Below the pieces are notes generated by a model. That model had not been told where the DNA came from, searched no databases, and saw only the letters and a list, made by a program, of their open reading frames with translations. This document shows positions 12,750-25,891 of a stretch of 64,000 nt of DNA, piece after piece. A program made the translations under genes and the position numbers. Source of the stretch: Azolla caroliniana (taxonomy: Eukaryota > Plantae > Polypodiophyta); contig JBHGNT010000017.1 in NCBI GenBank assembly GCA_043228905.1, positions 11,966,001 to 12,030,000 on the forward strand. Reading direction: 5' to 3'. How positions within the stretch are numbered: the stretch's first letter is position 1; every line of letters starts with the position of its first letter.

Positions 12750-13502
12750 ACCAGTCTTCAGCAACCTTGTAATCTCGAATTCCGGTAATAGAAATTCTTG
12801 TATTTTTGTCTTGTAAATGTCTTCTCGTTTGTTATTATCTTCTTTTCTTCGAAATCGACCTTGTCTTCGAAGCTTGGGTCGCGACAATACCGAAGTTCAA
12901 CTTCACCGCTCACACACGAAGTGATACTGGACTTCTATGTGCTTCATCTGAGCATGGAACACAGGATTCTTGTCGAGCTGAATGTTGCTCATGTTGTCAC
13001 AGTAGATCAGGATCGGGGTCGGTACCTCAATCCACAGATCTTGCAGTCGTCGCCGAAGCCAGATGGCTTCACATGTGGCATTGGTAGCGCCCCGATATTC
13101 AACCTCAGTGCTCGACAGAGCCACTGTTGGCTGCTTCTTTCTGCTCCATGCAACAACCGCGCTACCTAGAGAAAACATGTAACCGGAGGTGGATTGGCGA
13201 TCTGATGCATCACCAGCGCAATTGGCATCGGTATATTCGACTAGCTTCCCAGCTATACCGTGTTGGTATAATAGTCCCCGATAACTTTGTGCCACTAACA
13301 TACCGGAGTATCCAGTTTGCGCACTGAAGGTGTTCGACGATCGGCTTCTGCATGAAATGGTTGATCACTCCGATTGGGTAATTGATGTCGGGTCGAGTGA
13401 TTGTCAGGTATACGAGGCTTCCGACAATTTGTCAGAACCATTTCTCATTGCAGGCCGGTCCGGAGTTGGGACGAAGCTTCTGGTTCTAGTCCAGGGGTCT
13501 TC
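12750..13502 (-). pseudogene. pol: Copia fragment K: RT C-terminus and RNase H, fused to the Gypsy C extra ORF
   Basis: IVGSLVYLTITRPD and ORF 12903..13301 (YTDAN..KQPTVALSSTEVEY..NPVFHA..KHIEV). Confidence 0.8.
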
Positions 13503-13554
13503 ACTCCTGTTGCTTTGAGGGATGATCTTCCTCCAAATCATCGTCTGCGTCGTC

Positions 13555-16188
13555 CTACAGAATGTCGAACAATGAGGGTTCCTCTTCTTGTGGTGCCTTG
13601 CTGACATCTTCTTCGTCTTCATCTTCGGTGTCCTCCTTGTTGTCATTTTCCTCGTGTGCTTCTTCAGTCGGTGGTCTTGGATCTGCTGAATCCGGTGCTC
13701 CGAGTCTAGGTGTTTTTCTTACTCTTTCGTCTTCGATATTGTCTAACTTGACGGACATATCGACATCATGCTTGTCGAATTCTTGGATGATTCGGTTAAC
13801 TTCTTCTCTAGGTCTCTAGCGATATCTTCCTGAACCGTGGTCATTGCTTCCTCCGACATCTTGAGGAAGCCTTCTCCTTGAACTTTTCTAAATTTTCTCT
13901 ACCGGCTCGTAATAGCTGAAGCTCTTTAGCTTGCGCCGACCATGTTTGCCAACCCTTCTCCAGCGATTCATTGACCAAATTTTAGGGTGTTAAGCCCGTG
14001 ACGTCTTATGATTGCTTGAACCCTGTCCTGAGTCATACTTGCCTCAAACTGTGCTGTTGCCAATGTTCGTCATAAATAAGTGATTACCGCATTGGTATCG
14101 CCTTCGGCCTGCATCAGTTTGGCTTCTGCCACTAAGAGGTCAAGTCGCTTTTTCTCGGATACCATTTGAACTTCTGCACATCACTTTTCCAGCTTCTCTT
14201 TCTTCGCATTCCTGTCGTGTTGCTGTTGAATAATTTTTTCGTTGATTTCTTCTATCTGTTTGTCTCTTCCAGCCAATTGTGTTGTAAAACAAATCTCGAC
14301 TTGTTCCGCATTTTCCCTTGTAGCCTCTTGCTGTTGGACTAATTGCCGGTGTAAATCTTGTATCAAATTATCTTTTTCCTCTAAGCATTTGTCGGCCACA
14401 GTTTTTGCCAACTGTAATCGATCCTCCATTTCTCTGGATTTGTCTTCAGCCTTTTCTGCCCTATTTTCCACTTCTCTTCGTGCTTTTTCGGCTTGTTCCA
14501 ACTTCTGTTGTAGTTCTGAATCTGACTTCAAAGGTTGGCTTTGTGACTCTAGCTGTAATATGTGCTCTCTCATTTTCTCTAGAACCACTTGTGCTTCTCG
14601 CAGTTTATCCTTCAACTGTTGATTTTCTTCCTGCTTCAGTGTATATTGTGCATTAAGCACATCTGCTACTGTTGTTGCCCTTTTGTATAATTCAACCATA
14701 TCCTTGGCTGCTCTGCTAGCCTTTTCATATTCCATGTGGACTTCGACCAATGCCTCATGTAGTGGTGGCATCTGGATGGCTTCACCTTTATTTTTTGCAT
14801 TTCACTATCGCCCAATTCTATCCACTTCTGCCTGTTCATTGGGTTCGACAGCTCCACATAATGACTTTTGGATCATTATTTGATCCCGGTACTCTTGCGA
14901 CATTCTTTCCGACACTTCTTGGAGTCTTTTAGCTAACCATTCTACTAGTTCATATGACATTCCGAACTGCAGAATGACAGCTAGCTCATGTGCTGTTGCC
15001 GGGATATCGGAAAAACCAAGTGCCTCTTGCACCGTTGCCATTGATACCTGCCCTTTTTGAATTCGTGATGTGTCATCAGGATTGACACAAGGTACTTGTG
15101 TGCTTAGGGAGGCTTGATCGTCGGTTCTACGCAGGTTCTTCTTGCTCTGGTCTAGAATATCTTTGGGACCGTTGTTTAACCCTGCGCTGCTTCGGTGGTT
15201 GCTACTCTATGTCAACTTGTGTCAATTCTTGTTGTTGTGTTTGTTGCTCTCCTGTCATCTCTTGTTGTTGCATCCTCGGTGGTTGAAACTTCGGCTGTTG
15301 AGTAGCCGGTTGCTGGTCAGGTTCGGGTTGTGGTGTCGACTGCTGTTGTTCCGATTCTTGTTGTTGCCTTGGTTCTGATTGGTCGAATTCGGTCTAAGTG
15401 GTATCGTCCTGCACCGTTTCTTCTTCCTACCACTCTTCCCGTTGGACTTGTCGTTGGGTTCGGGATGACTGTACCTGAGGCGGCTTACGCACCTCTGATC
15501 GGTTTTCCGCTTCTGGAGCCAGAAATAATACTGATAACCAACGAACGAAAATCGTCTTCATTGGTTTTCCCTTCTGAACTCTGTACAATTGCTCTCTCAG
15601 AGCTTCTGCCGACAGTAGCCCCCAATCGAAAGCTTCGCCTTCATAAGCGGCGATGATAAATCCGGCCTTCTTGTTGGGCATACAATAGAATCTCGGACTA
15701 ACAAACCCTACTTCCAATAAAAACTTTGCAACTTCATGAAAAAAGACATTCCTACCTCCTTGTGTCTGATATGCTTTGGCGGAGGGCGAATACTCACCAA
15801 AATAGGAACGCAATCCTTCTTCTGTGACCTTCTTGACAACGTCGAACCCGCCTCTTGGCATCTCCAACGCTACTCTTACCTTCTTATTAGTGATCTTAGA
15901 GACATCGATTTCTTCCATCAGAGCTTCAGCGTGCGGGTGCTGCTTTGCTTCTACGACTTTTAGGAATCCTTGTAAATTACTTCGAACGAGCCAGCGACGA
16001 AAGTCATCAGATACAGTAATCGGCATATTGTCGTTGTCGATTGACAGATCGTTGCTCTGTGGTGGCAGTGGAAAACGTTGTGGGCTATGGCGGACAAGAT
16101 CAGAAAACTTGTGAGGACGAATACGTTTCTGCTTCTGTGGTGAAACAGACATTACAGAAATAGGTTTTAAGGAAATAATTCTTTGCAT
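13555..16188 (-). pseudogene. Extra ORF of Gypsy C: N-terminal plant-transposon-like domain, disordered linker, coiled coil; frameshifted
   Basis: ORFs 15427..16188, 14805..15041, 14181..14771 and 13555..13758, homologous to the extra ORFs of D, E and F. Confidence 0.75.
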
Positions 16189-17631
16189 GATGCCTAGGGA
16201 ATAAAAGTACTATTAATGTAAGTAATGACTAGGTGTACTAGTGGAGTAATAGCTAGAAATAGCAATAATGAGTAATAGAAGCATGCCTCCACTACTTCTT
16301 ACTTATAGCCTTCTTAAATCATTACAAGATTACCCTTTTTGACAGTTAGTTATGATTTGGAAAGGAAATTTTCTATAGTCAGTTTTCTTTTTTTTTGTGA
16401 CATTGCCACATTACTTTTGTTCCGATTCAGCCTTGAATGGATTTTTCGGCATTTCTCCATGATATGGCTTAAGCCGGAAACCATTGACCCATTTCGGCAA
16501 AATCTCACCTTATAGGGTTCCCAGTTGATACCTACCATTTTTACTGTTCACAATCCAAACTGGTCCTGTCCATCGATACCTAAGTTTACCTGGCATAGCT
16601 CCCATCCTGGGCTAGAAAACAAGTACCAGTTTCCCGATTCCAAATTGAGTTTCGGTCTTTCGTCGGTGTTGATTTACAAATGCCTTTGTTTGCCTCTACT
16701 TGTGCTCCAAAGCTGACATAGCTTGTATTCAGTCTTCTTGTAACAGCAATAAAGATTCCTTCCGAATTTGCTCCGATTGTAGTTCGTTTAATTTTTCGGT
16801 TGCTTGTATTTAAAGTGTCGAAATCTGGAATTTGATTGGCATAACTGCCTCCAATCCGAAAGCCATTCGGAAGGGTGTTGATTTAATAGATGTTTTATAC
16901 GATGTGTGATATGCCCATAAAGCACTATGCAACTTTTGATCCCAGTTTGTACGATTCTCATTTACTATCTTTTTGAGTATCGTTTGGTGGGTGCACATTC
17001 CATGTGGACGTTAGAATGAATGACAGTGTTGACAATGAAGACAATTCATGAACAAGCTTGTTAATGAAATGCGTACCTTGATCGCTCACTAATTCTATTG
17101 GGCAGCCGAATCTTGTTAATCCTAGGGGCCAGACAACAACCTAACACAGGGTGTCCACTTAAGACACTTCACCAAAGGGTGTTACGGTAGGATGACTTAC
17201 GACACAACGTTTAATTAGACTTTAATCGATTACTTAGCACACATCATTAACACGCGTAAGATATAACAATGAGTACAGAACGGTAATCAATACTGAAAGA
17301 TTAAGGCAATAAGTTCTATTAATTATCCATTGTTGATTACATTGTAATCGGGCCTTTATATAGGTCTCCGGTGCGAAATACAAAACGGTGCCAACCGGCA
17401 CCTTTTCGGGATCGGTCCGGATCTGGATCGGCATATCGATTCTGGTCCGTCTGTCCATATCTTCTCATATATTAATATATATATATTAAGACTACTAATT
17501 ACAACAGTTCCCAAATAAACCATTCCTTTTCACACTCTGGTTGGGACCTCCTTAAGCCTTCTTGCCAGCCAGTAACACATGGCATGCCTGTGGGACAGTA
17601 CCTTGTATGTCGAACCCATTATCCGGCCCTT

Positions 17632-20356
17632 TTACGCTTCGTCCAAAATGTCCAGAATGCATTGCTCCAGAATTTCCAATGGCTCGTCGGGAATTTGTTG
17701 TTGCTGCGGTGGCTGCTGTTCCGTTTGTGCCTGTGGCTGCTCCATTTGTACCTTCTCCATTTGGGGCTGCGGCTCTGTTTGTCGCTCTTGCACCGGCGTT
17801 TCCTTCGTTGGTTCCTCCGTCGGAGTTGTCACTGGCTGACTGATCCCGGCCTGGTCCCCGTCTGGTCCTTGTACCGGCGACAGTTCCTCATCACTAAGGT
17901 TGACCGTTGCCGCCTTCCTCGCTTTTTCTTCCCGAAGCCGGGACCGCTCATAGCTCTCAAACTGGATTTGAGCCTCCAGCCGATCGTCGTCCAGTTGAGC
18001 TACGAGCTGCCGGACCTGCACCAATTGTTCATCCGCCATGGCTGTGAAATCTTCGGCCAACTCATCCCTTATGGCGGTGAAGTCCTCCGATGTCAGCGTA
18101 TAACAGTCGTCACCCTCCTTCCGCTGGTTTTCCATGTCCGCCCTGAGCAATTGGAGTTCTGCCGTATTCTGCGCCCAATTCGTCCACCAACGCATAGAGT
18201 TGTCGTCAATCAAGCTTTTGGTCTTAGTGAGCCATGACCGGAGGATGCACTGGATCCGTTCGGCTTCCATCCGTGATTTATTTTCTGCGGCTTGTCGCTC
18301 CTTTTTCAATTGCTTGATGATTCGAACTGTGTCCGCCTCCTGCTCCCTGTAATGCGACAATTGACTTTGATAGGTTGTTTGTAACCTCTGTAACACCATT
18401 GTCACCCTTTCCTTCTCCTCACGGTTCTGCTTGTGGAGCTCCATCCGGTTCATCGCCGCTTCCTCCAATAGCTTGGAACACTCAGCTTGCTCGTCGGCAA
18501 GTGCCGTTGTGGCCCTATCAACTTCTTGCCAGAGCTCGGCCATCCGTTCCTACTGTTGCTTATACTCCGTCTCCAGCTGCTTGTAGTCCCGATGCAGATG
18601 ATTAAAATCATCGGTCTTCTGCTTCAGCCTCTGGTTGATCCGCCGGCGCGCGCGGTCCTCCCGGTCCTTCTGTTGACGGAGTTCTTCCTTCAGCCTTTCA
18701 ATTTCCATCTCCGCCATCCGTGACAGCTTGTCTTTCTCCTGCAGCAATTTCTCTTTTTCCTCCTTTAGCCGGTCGTACGCGTGATGTCCTTTACGCAGGT
18801 TTTCCTCTATCCGGCGGAGGTTCTCAATAGTCTTCTTTAATTCTTCTTCGGCCGCCTTCTTCAAGTCGCGTTCGCGGCTCCGTAATGCTTCTTGTGCGGC
18901 TAGTTCGTCATGTAATTCCTCAAGCTCTTGGGCTTGCGCCGCATCTTTCTCCGGGATAGTTTCTGTCTCCGGGGTCTTATTCATATGTACATCAACCGGA
19001 GTCACCGGTGCTTGGATCTGTGTTGTGGTTAAGGTCATTTTGGCCATGTCTTCGGTAATCCGATCCAAGTCTTGTTCGAGGCTCCGGATCCTTGACCGGG
19101 CCGTCTCCAATTCATCAGTTGTGACAAGAAACCGTTCCGTTTGCGCTCTTTCTTCCGCCTCTATGCATCCGACTACTCCGGAAATTTGTTCTCCTATCCA
19201 CCGGAGCCATTGGCTACCGGTGCACTGTTGTTGTGTCTGCACGGCGGGTTGGCTGATGGGTTCACTTGCCGGTGGCTGGTCCCGCCTTACTTCGTCGAGT
19301 TGCACTTCTGGTTCTGCCTGCTGACCACTTTGCCGTTCTGGCTCTGGGTGTGTTTCGGCTTGTTCTTGGTCGGCTGAGGAGGTTGGCCTTTGTATAACCG
19401 GCTCTTGAGTTACGGGGCTTGCCGGTGCTGCCTGTTATGCAGGGACTTCTATGACCGGTTCCATCCAAACCGGTTCCGGTGCCTCCCTTGGCGTGGGATG
19501 CTTAGTGTGAGTTGCGGGCGTTCCCTCCTTCTCTGGGTCCGAACGCTTCCCGGCTGATTTAGCGGTGCTCTTCATCGGCCGCCGCTGGAGGTGCTCCGTG
19601 GGTTCTTCCTCCATTTCCTCCGCCTGAGTCCTGGCATTCATTCTTGCCGCCAGGGTGTCCATTTCTTGTTGCACCGGTCGGTGGAGTGGGCTCTTCAGGG
19701 GCCATGCCGGTGTCTCCTCGCTTGCATCCGTCGGCCACTTCCGGCTGGCGCACTCCTTTGCAGCCTTCTCTGCGTCGGCCGTCTTCCCCTTAGTGGCCTT
19801 GGAGGCCAACGATTGTTGCCGTTTCGAAGCAGGTTTCGGGGTGCCGTCCGTTGCTCTCCCCCTCTTCTTGGTCTGGACGGGCTCGACCGGTGGCGCCAAT
19901 AGGGTGAGCCATTGCGTCACCGCATGCCATATTTTCCGGCCTTCCTTTCCGTCCTTTCCTCTTACGATATCGATAACTGTACACAACCCGTCCGCGATCA
20001 GCACCGGCCAATCCACCTTGACCCCTTCGTACGTCGCGATAATCAAGCCTGCTCGGTTCTAAGGCATGATGGGGGGTCGAGGGTATATGTGGCCGAACTC
20101 ATGGAGTACACGGGCAATTTCGCGGAATAACATTTCTTCGCCGCCCTGGGTCCTGTAGCCTTTGCTAGCGAGAGAATACTCACCGAAATATTTGATGAGC
20201 TGCTCGGAGGTAGGATTGTCGATTGTGTAGATGCCCCCTCCGGAAGGCCTGTTAACGCACGGATCGCCTCCTCCGTGATCACCTCTATGTCGATTTCTTT
20301 GATAATCTTTTCGGCCTCCTTGTGTAGCGCCGCCTCCATGATCGTCAAGAAACCCT
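17632..20356 (-). pseudogene. Extra coiled-coil ORF of Gypsy D; N-terminus lost by deletion
   Basis: ORFs 20043..20348, 19435..20046, 18550..19305 and 17632..18543; IIATYEGVKVDW, WLRWIGEQI, WWTNWAQNTAELQLLRADMEN. Confidence 0.8.
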
Positions 20357-23300
20357 TCGTCGCCGTTTTTGCCAGAATCTAACCGGCTTAAATAATCTGC
20401 TCCCGCATGTTGTATGCCGGGTCGGTGGAATATCTCGAATTCGAATTCCTGTAATAGCAAAGTCCACCGGGCCAACTTACCGGTAAGTGACACTTTGGAC
20501 ACTAGGTAGAGAAATGCTGAATGATCTACATGGAAGGAAAACATTCTTCCCAATAAATAGTGCCTGAATTTTGTTACACTGTAGATCATGCCTAAAGCTT
20601 CCCTTTCCGTGGTGGAATAATTTCGTTCGACTTGGGATAACTTTCGGCTTGCATAATATACGGGCCGGTACCATCTTGGCTCCGTAAGTTGCATCAGCGC
20701 ACTCCCGATTGCAATGTCGGACGCATCCACGAACACATGAAATTCGTTCGCCCAATCCGGGGGTTGCACTACTGGTGCTTGCGACAATAGAACTTTGAGT
20801 GCCCGGTACGCCTTGTCTTCGGTGTCGGTCCACTGGAACGGTGTTCTATGTACCGCAACATGCAGTGGTGTAGCTAGGTCCACCAAATACCGGAGCATTC
20901 GGCTATGCCAAAGGATTTGGCCTAAGAAACGGCTCAATGCCTTTGCCGTTTTTGGTGCCGGTGCCTCCAGGATTGCTTTCACTTTGTCCGGATCCACGGC
21001 GATGCCCTCCTTGCTCACAATGTGCCCCAGTAGCGTTCCGCTGAACACGCCGAATACACACTTCGCCGGATTTAGGCTTAGCCGGTAAGCCCTACACTTT
21101 TCTAGACATAGTCGGAGGTGCTGAAGGTGGTCTCCTTCACGGCTGTAAATGGCGAAGTCGTCGAGGAACACCTGCATGAACGCCGGTATGAAATCGCCGA
21201 AAATTTCCATGATGATCCTCTGGAACGTTGCTAAGGCTGTTTTGAGTCCGAACATCATCACTACGGCAACAAACACTCCCCATTCAGTGACGAAAGCGGT
21301 TTTCTCCTGGTCATCGGGGTGCATCCGGATCTGGTTGTATCCGTTGAATCCGTCTAAAAAACTGTATACCTCATGGCCGGCGACTACGTCCAACACTCCA
21401 TCCGTAAATGGAAGTGGAAATGCATCAGTTACCGTCGCCGCATTAAGCTTCCGGTAGTCGACACATACTCTAATTTTGCCGTTTTTCTTTGGTACGACTA
21501 CTATTGGGCTCAACCATGTAGATTTCTTTACGGGATGGATAAAGCCAACCCTCAGTAACTTGTCGATTTCCTCCTTGACTTTGGCGGCGTAGTTCGGATT
21601 CATCTGGTACCGTCGCTGTGCTACTGGTTTGGCGTCTTTGATCAAATATATCTGATGCTGATATAGCTGAGGATCGAGCCCTCTCATATCCTCATAGGAC
21701 CAGGCAAAGACGTCCCGAAACTCTTTGAGAAGTGTAACCATCACCGTTCTATTCTCCGTAGTCATTTCCTTGGCTATCTGCACCTGTCTCGCCTCTTCCG
21801 TAGTTCCTTGATTTACCTCCTCTAGTTGGGATGCTTTGACCCGTTGTGATACGGCCATTTCTCTTTCCAGCGCTTCTTGTGCTTGCCGTAGCTCCCGGAT
21901 TGCTTCTTTATTTGGTTCTTCGTCCGCTCCGTCCGGTGGCAGTATGTATGGTGATACGGCTTCAACTACATCAATTTTGAACAAGGGTACTATCTTCGGA
22001 TTATCTTGCAAGTATTGATCCACCTCTTCGTCAGCTAATCCGTCCAGCATATTGACACATTCGGCATATAGGGGTGTTAATTCCTTCCCGGTACCCGTTC
22101 GTGGTTGTGTCGGTACCCGTACTTTTGCTTTTCCCCGTCGGAAGGTGATTATATTCTTTCTCCAGTTTTGTTTAATGTGCGTCGTTTTTAGCCACGGCCG
22201 CCCCAACAATAGCGGGTAAGCTCCTTGTGCCTATAATTGTAGCACTACTGTCGAGATGCGAAATGTGTGGCCGCCGATTGTACTGAGCTTGTATCCGCCA
22301 TCCGTAGCCAGAACGGGCATGGTTCCCACTCTTGGATTCCCAAGGTGGTGCATGTTCGGAGGATAATCACATTGACGCCGGATCCTCCATCTATTACTGT
22401 TCTGGGTAACTCCTTTCCCTTCACGATGGTTGTGATCGCCGGACTGTTTGTGTCTACCACCGCCAGTCCCTCCGGATTTGAGAAGAATGTTGGTGCCGGT
22501 GGTGTTTCTCCTGCTATCATGCGTGTCTTGAGTCCTTCTGTGAATTTGGGCACTTGTTGCAGGAGCCGTCCTAATGGCAGCGTGATTTGCCACTCCTACA
22601 ATGCCTGCCATGTCGCATTTTCAGTCTGACTGCTGCCGGTGAGCTCTTCGGTGTTCCCCTTTTGCTGCACAAGTTTTGCTACGTTTCGCTCATTTGCCTT
22701 TTTCACCCGTTCCGTTGCTTGCTTCCTGATGGCCTCTTGTGTCTCCCATTCCATCGTCTTGCCCTTCGATCTTGTGGTAACCTACTGCAGGTCCACGACT
22801 TCGGCGACTACCATGTTTACTGTCGGTCGCTTGTCATAGCTCTTTGCCAGACATTGATTACTATAATGTCCTTCTTGCCGGCAATAATAGCAATATTCTC
22901 TCCGGGTATTGTTGAATTCGGCATTGTTTCCTGTACCCGGTGGAGGACCTATGGTAACCGCGGGGCTTTGGTCCGGTTGACTGCTTGAGGCGCCTTTTTC
23001 CGGTTCACGTGGGTGGCTCCCTTTTTTGAAATGCTGTTTTTTATTAAAGTTCTTTTTGTTGGGGTACCCTTGATGGGGTTGGTCGTCATATCTCCCGTAA
23101 TCTTCCCGTCGTTGGTGATACCCGGGGGAGTGATCTCGGTTTTAATGCTTGTACTGTCCTTTGTAATCTCGGTACTTGTCATATCTCTCGTTCCGGTCAT
23201 AGTTGTCTTGCCGATCGCCGTACTGGACATCTTGTGCCGGTCAATATCGCTCCTCTCGTCGCCAGCGTTCGTATTCTTCATCACGACTGCTACGTGGCTC

Positions 23301-24616
23301 GATTTGTTGCACTGGTTGTGCTTGCCGATTCAATAAGTTATATTCGCACCGATCCATTCGTGTGGCTCATAGATTGGCAGAGTAAGCAGTGCATCCGCAT
23401 GGTGTACTCTAGTGACGAGTGTCCGGAATTCAAGCAGGTCGTGCATTGGATTGCTTGCCGGAACCGGAGATCCTCATCGGATGGTAACGCTCGTTGGAGG
23501 GCTCCCATTGTTAGCCAAGAGCTCGTTTTCTCCATTTCCCTAACCCGGTCGATGACCTGGTCGATGGTGCTTGTGCAAAAGTCGAGGACCGTGCATACCG
23601 TTCGTAGAGGTTCTCGGAGCGCGGCTAAGAATATAGCCCGTGTTTCTTCCTCCGAAGGTGCGCGGGTAAGCTGACTATGCATCCGTTGAAACCGGATGAC
23701 AAACTGTGGAATGCTCTCCCCGGGGTCTTGCCGGATGGTGTAAAATAGGCCCACCATTTCTCTTTGGTCCACCTCCTTTTGAAAGAAGTGCAAGAATTTA
23801 TCTTTCAGGTCTGCAAAAGTGGTGATGGTGCTGGGGTCCTGCGTCCGGTGCCATCTGGCGGCCGGTCCTTCCAATGTCACACCGAATTCGGCTATCTTAG
23901 ATTGTTCCTCTTCTACCACGGTTAACCGTTGTGACACATGGTTCACCTCCCATGTTTGTTGAAATGCGTGAACATGAGCCTCTGCGTCCGGATCATCCCT
24001 ATACTTGGAGTACTAGAACAACATGTCGTCGTCGAGTGTCGGTCCGCGGGCTGGCGGTGTCAGTGGTTTTTTTTGCTATTCCGTTGGCGTTGGAGGTCTT
24101 TGCCGGTCTTCCTTTGGTGTTGCCGGCTTGACTTCCGGTGTTGGAGGTCTTTCTTTGTCTTCTTCCGTCTCCGGAGGTTGCTCCACGTCTAGGGCCGGAG
24201 GTTCCCGGTCTGTCAACTTTGGTTCCGGTGTCGGTAATGTATCTGACTCCTCGTCTAGTGCCGGAGGTTCCTGGTCTGCGAACTCTGGTTCCGGTGTCGG
24301 TAATGTATCGGACTCCACGTCCTCCGGTCCTCCTGGGGTGTCGTTACTGCTGCGATAGTTCGTGTGCGCGTTGTAACCCCCTTCTGAATCCGATTCCAGC
24401 GCTGAAAATGCTTCGGATTCGCCGTCTCTTCCGGCGAAGGCCTAGAGAAGGGATTTCGCTTCCCGGAGAGTGCTTAAGCTGCTTCCTTCGTCCGGGTAGG
24501 CGTCTTGTTGCAGACGGAGCGACTCCTCCGCCACTTTCCGGATCACTTTGGAAAATGATCGATCCGATCGGATTTCTTCCGCTGCTTCCTAGAAAGCCTC
24601 TCGCCGCCTTCGCCAT
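20357..24616 (-). pseudogene. gag-pol: Gypsy D gag, protease, RT and RNase H
   Basis: Gag 23338..23946 (Q..GESI..F..RF, CTTCLNSGH), VIDGGSGVN protease, CVDYRKLN/FLDDF RT, VFVDAS..YSTTEREAL RNase H. Confidence 0.92.
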
Positions 24617-25891
24617 TTAGCAAGTCTTCGTGCTCTCTCTGTAACCGGGTCGTTTGTTGGCCTAGTCATCCATTCCCGCCGCTGTTCATTGCAATTGTGC
24701 AGGAATTGTGGTCGCCAAATACTATGTTAATCCTAGGGGCCGGACAACAACCTAACACAAGGTGTCCACTTAAGACACTTCATCAAAGGGTGTTACGACA
24801 GGATGACTTACGACACAACGTTTAATTAGACCTTAATTGATTACTTAGCACACATCATTAACACGCTTAAGATATAACAATGAGTACAGAACGGTAATCA
24901 ATACTGAAAGATTAAGGCAATAAGTTCTATTAATTATCCATTGTGGATTACATTGTAACCGAGTCTTTATATAGGTCTCCAGTGCGAAATACAAAATGGT
25001 GCCAACCGGCACCTTTTCGGGATCGGTCCAGATCCGGATCGGCATACCGATTCCGGTCCGTCCGTCCACATCTTCTCATATTTTAATATATATATATTAA
25101 GATTACTAATTAAAACAGTTCCCGAATAAACTATTCCTTTTCACACTCTGGTTTGGACCTCCTTAAGCCTTCTTGCCAACCGGTAACAAATCTACACCAT
25201 ATACTTTCGTAAAAAAATTTTGTTGTTGAAGTTACCGTATTATCCCTACGAGCTTTAGCTTCTACCCACTTCGTGCAGTAGCTAGTGGCAACTATAACAT
25301 ATTGATTGCCTGTTCTTACTGCTGCTGGTTTGAATCAGCCTACAAAATCCAAACCCCATTTTTGGAAAGGTTCAAGAGGTAACACAGGTTGAAACGACAT
25401 CCTGTCCTTTTCTGTCAGTTGTCCTATACGTTGGCATAAATCACATTTCCGACAATATTCGTGTTGTCCGCCGCAATAGTAACCGATGGACAAAAGCGTA
25501 GGAATAAGAAATTATATAAGAGCATAACGCATGTAACGGTTCACGCAGGAAGCGTGAACGGCTAAATAGACCTTGCATATATAAAGGGCAAAAAACCTCT
25601 GATGAAGGTGCGTGTAATTTTGGGAATGTAAAGAAACGCCTGATAATAGAATTCTATCTTCTCTGATTTTCTGTGTATAGCTACAGCTAATTCAGTGTGG
25701 CTGTCTTGAATACCTAAGCGTTGAAGTACGTAAGTGTAACCCTTAATAGGGATTCGGTTGTAGCCGTCTTCCCTTATACGCTGATAGGTTACAGGGGTTC
25801 TTCCCTTACGCATTACGCTTAAACACCTGTTCGTTGTTCCACACCCACTTTGAGGTCTAGGTCGAAGGACTGACCGCAGACCGTGTTCCTA

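Larger units (their letters stand above)
17114..25188 (-). mobile_element. Non-chromoviral Gypsy element D; integrase deleted
   Basis: 464-bp LTRs at 17114-17577 and 24725-25188; TSD AATCT (17109-17113/25189-25193); PBS TGGCGACCACA 7 nt inside the 5' LTR. Confidence 0.95.

Noticed and set aside
12728-12750. TGTTGAACC..GGTTCAACA as a mini-element or LTR start
   Set aside because: No TSD or clear PPT; possibly the degenerate LTR start of fragment K, but unsupported.
17578-17596. Reading D and F as plus-strand Tat elements whose ordinary PBS is TGGCAYGC..GTGGGAC
   Set aside because: Gag-pol, the extra ORF and the LTR TATA are all on the minus strand, and the opposite end has another PBS rather than a PPT.
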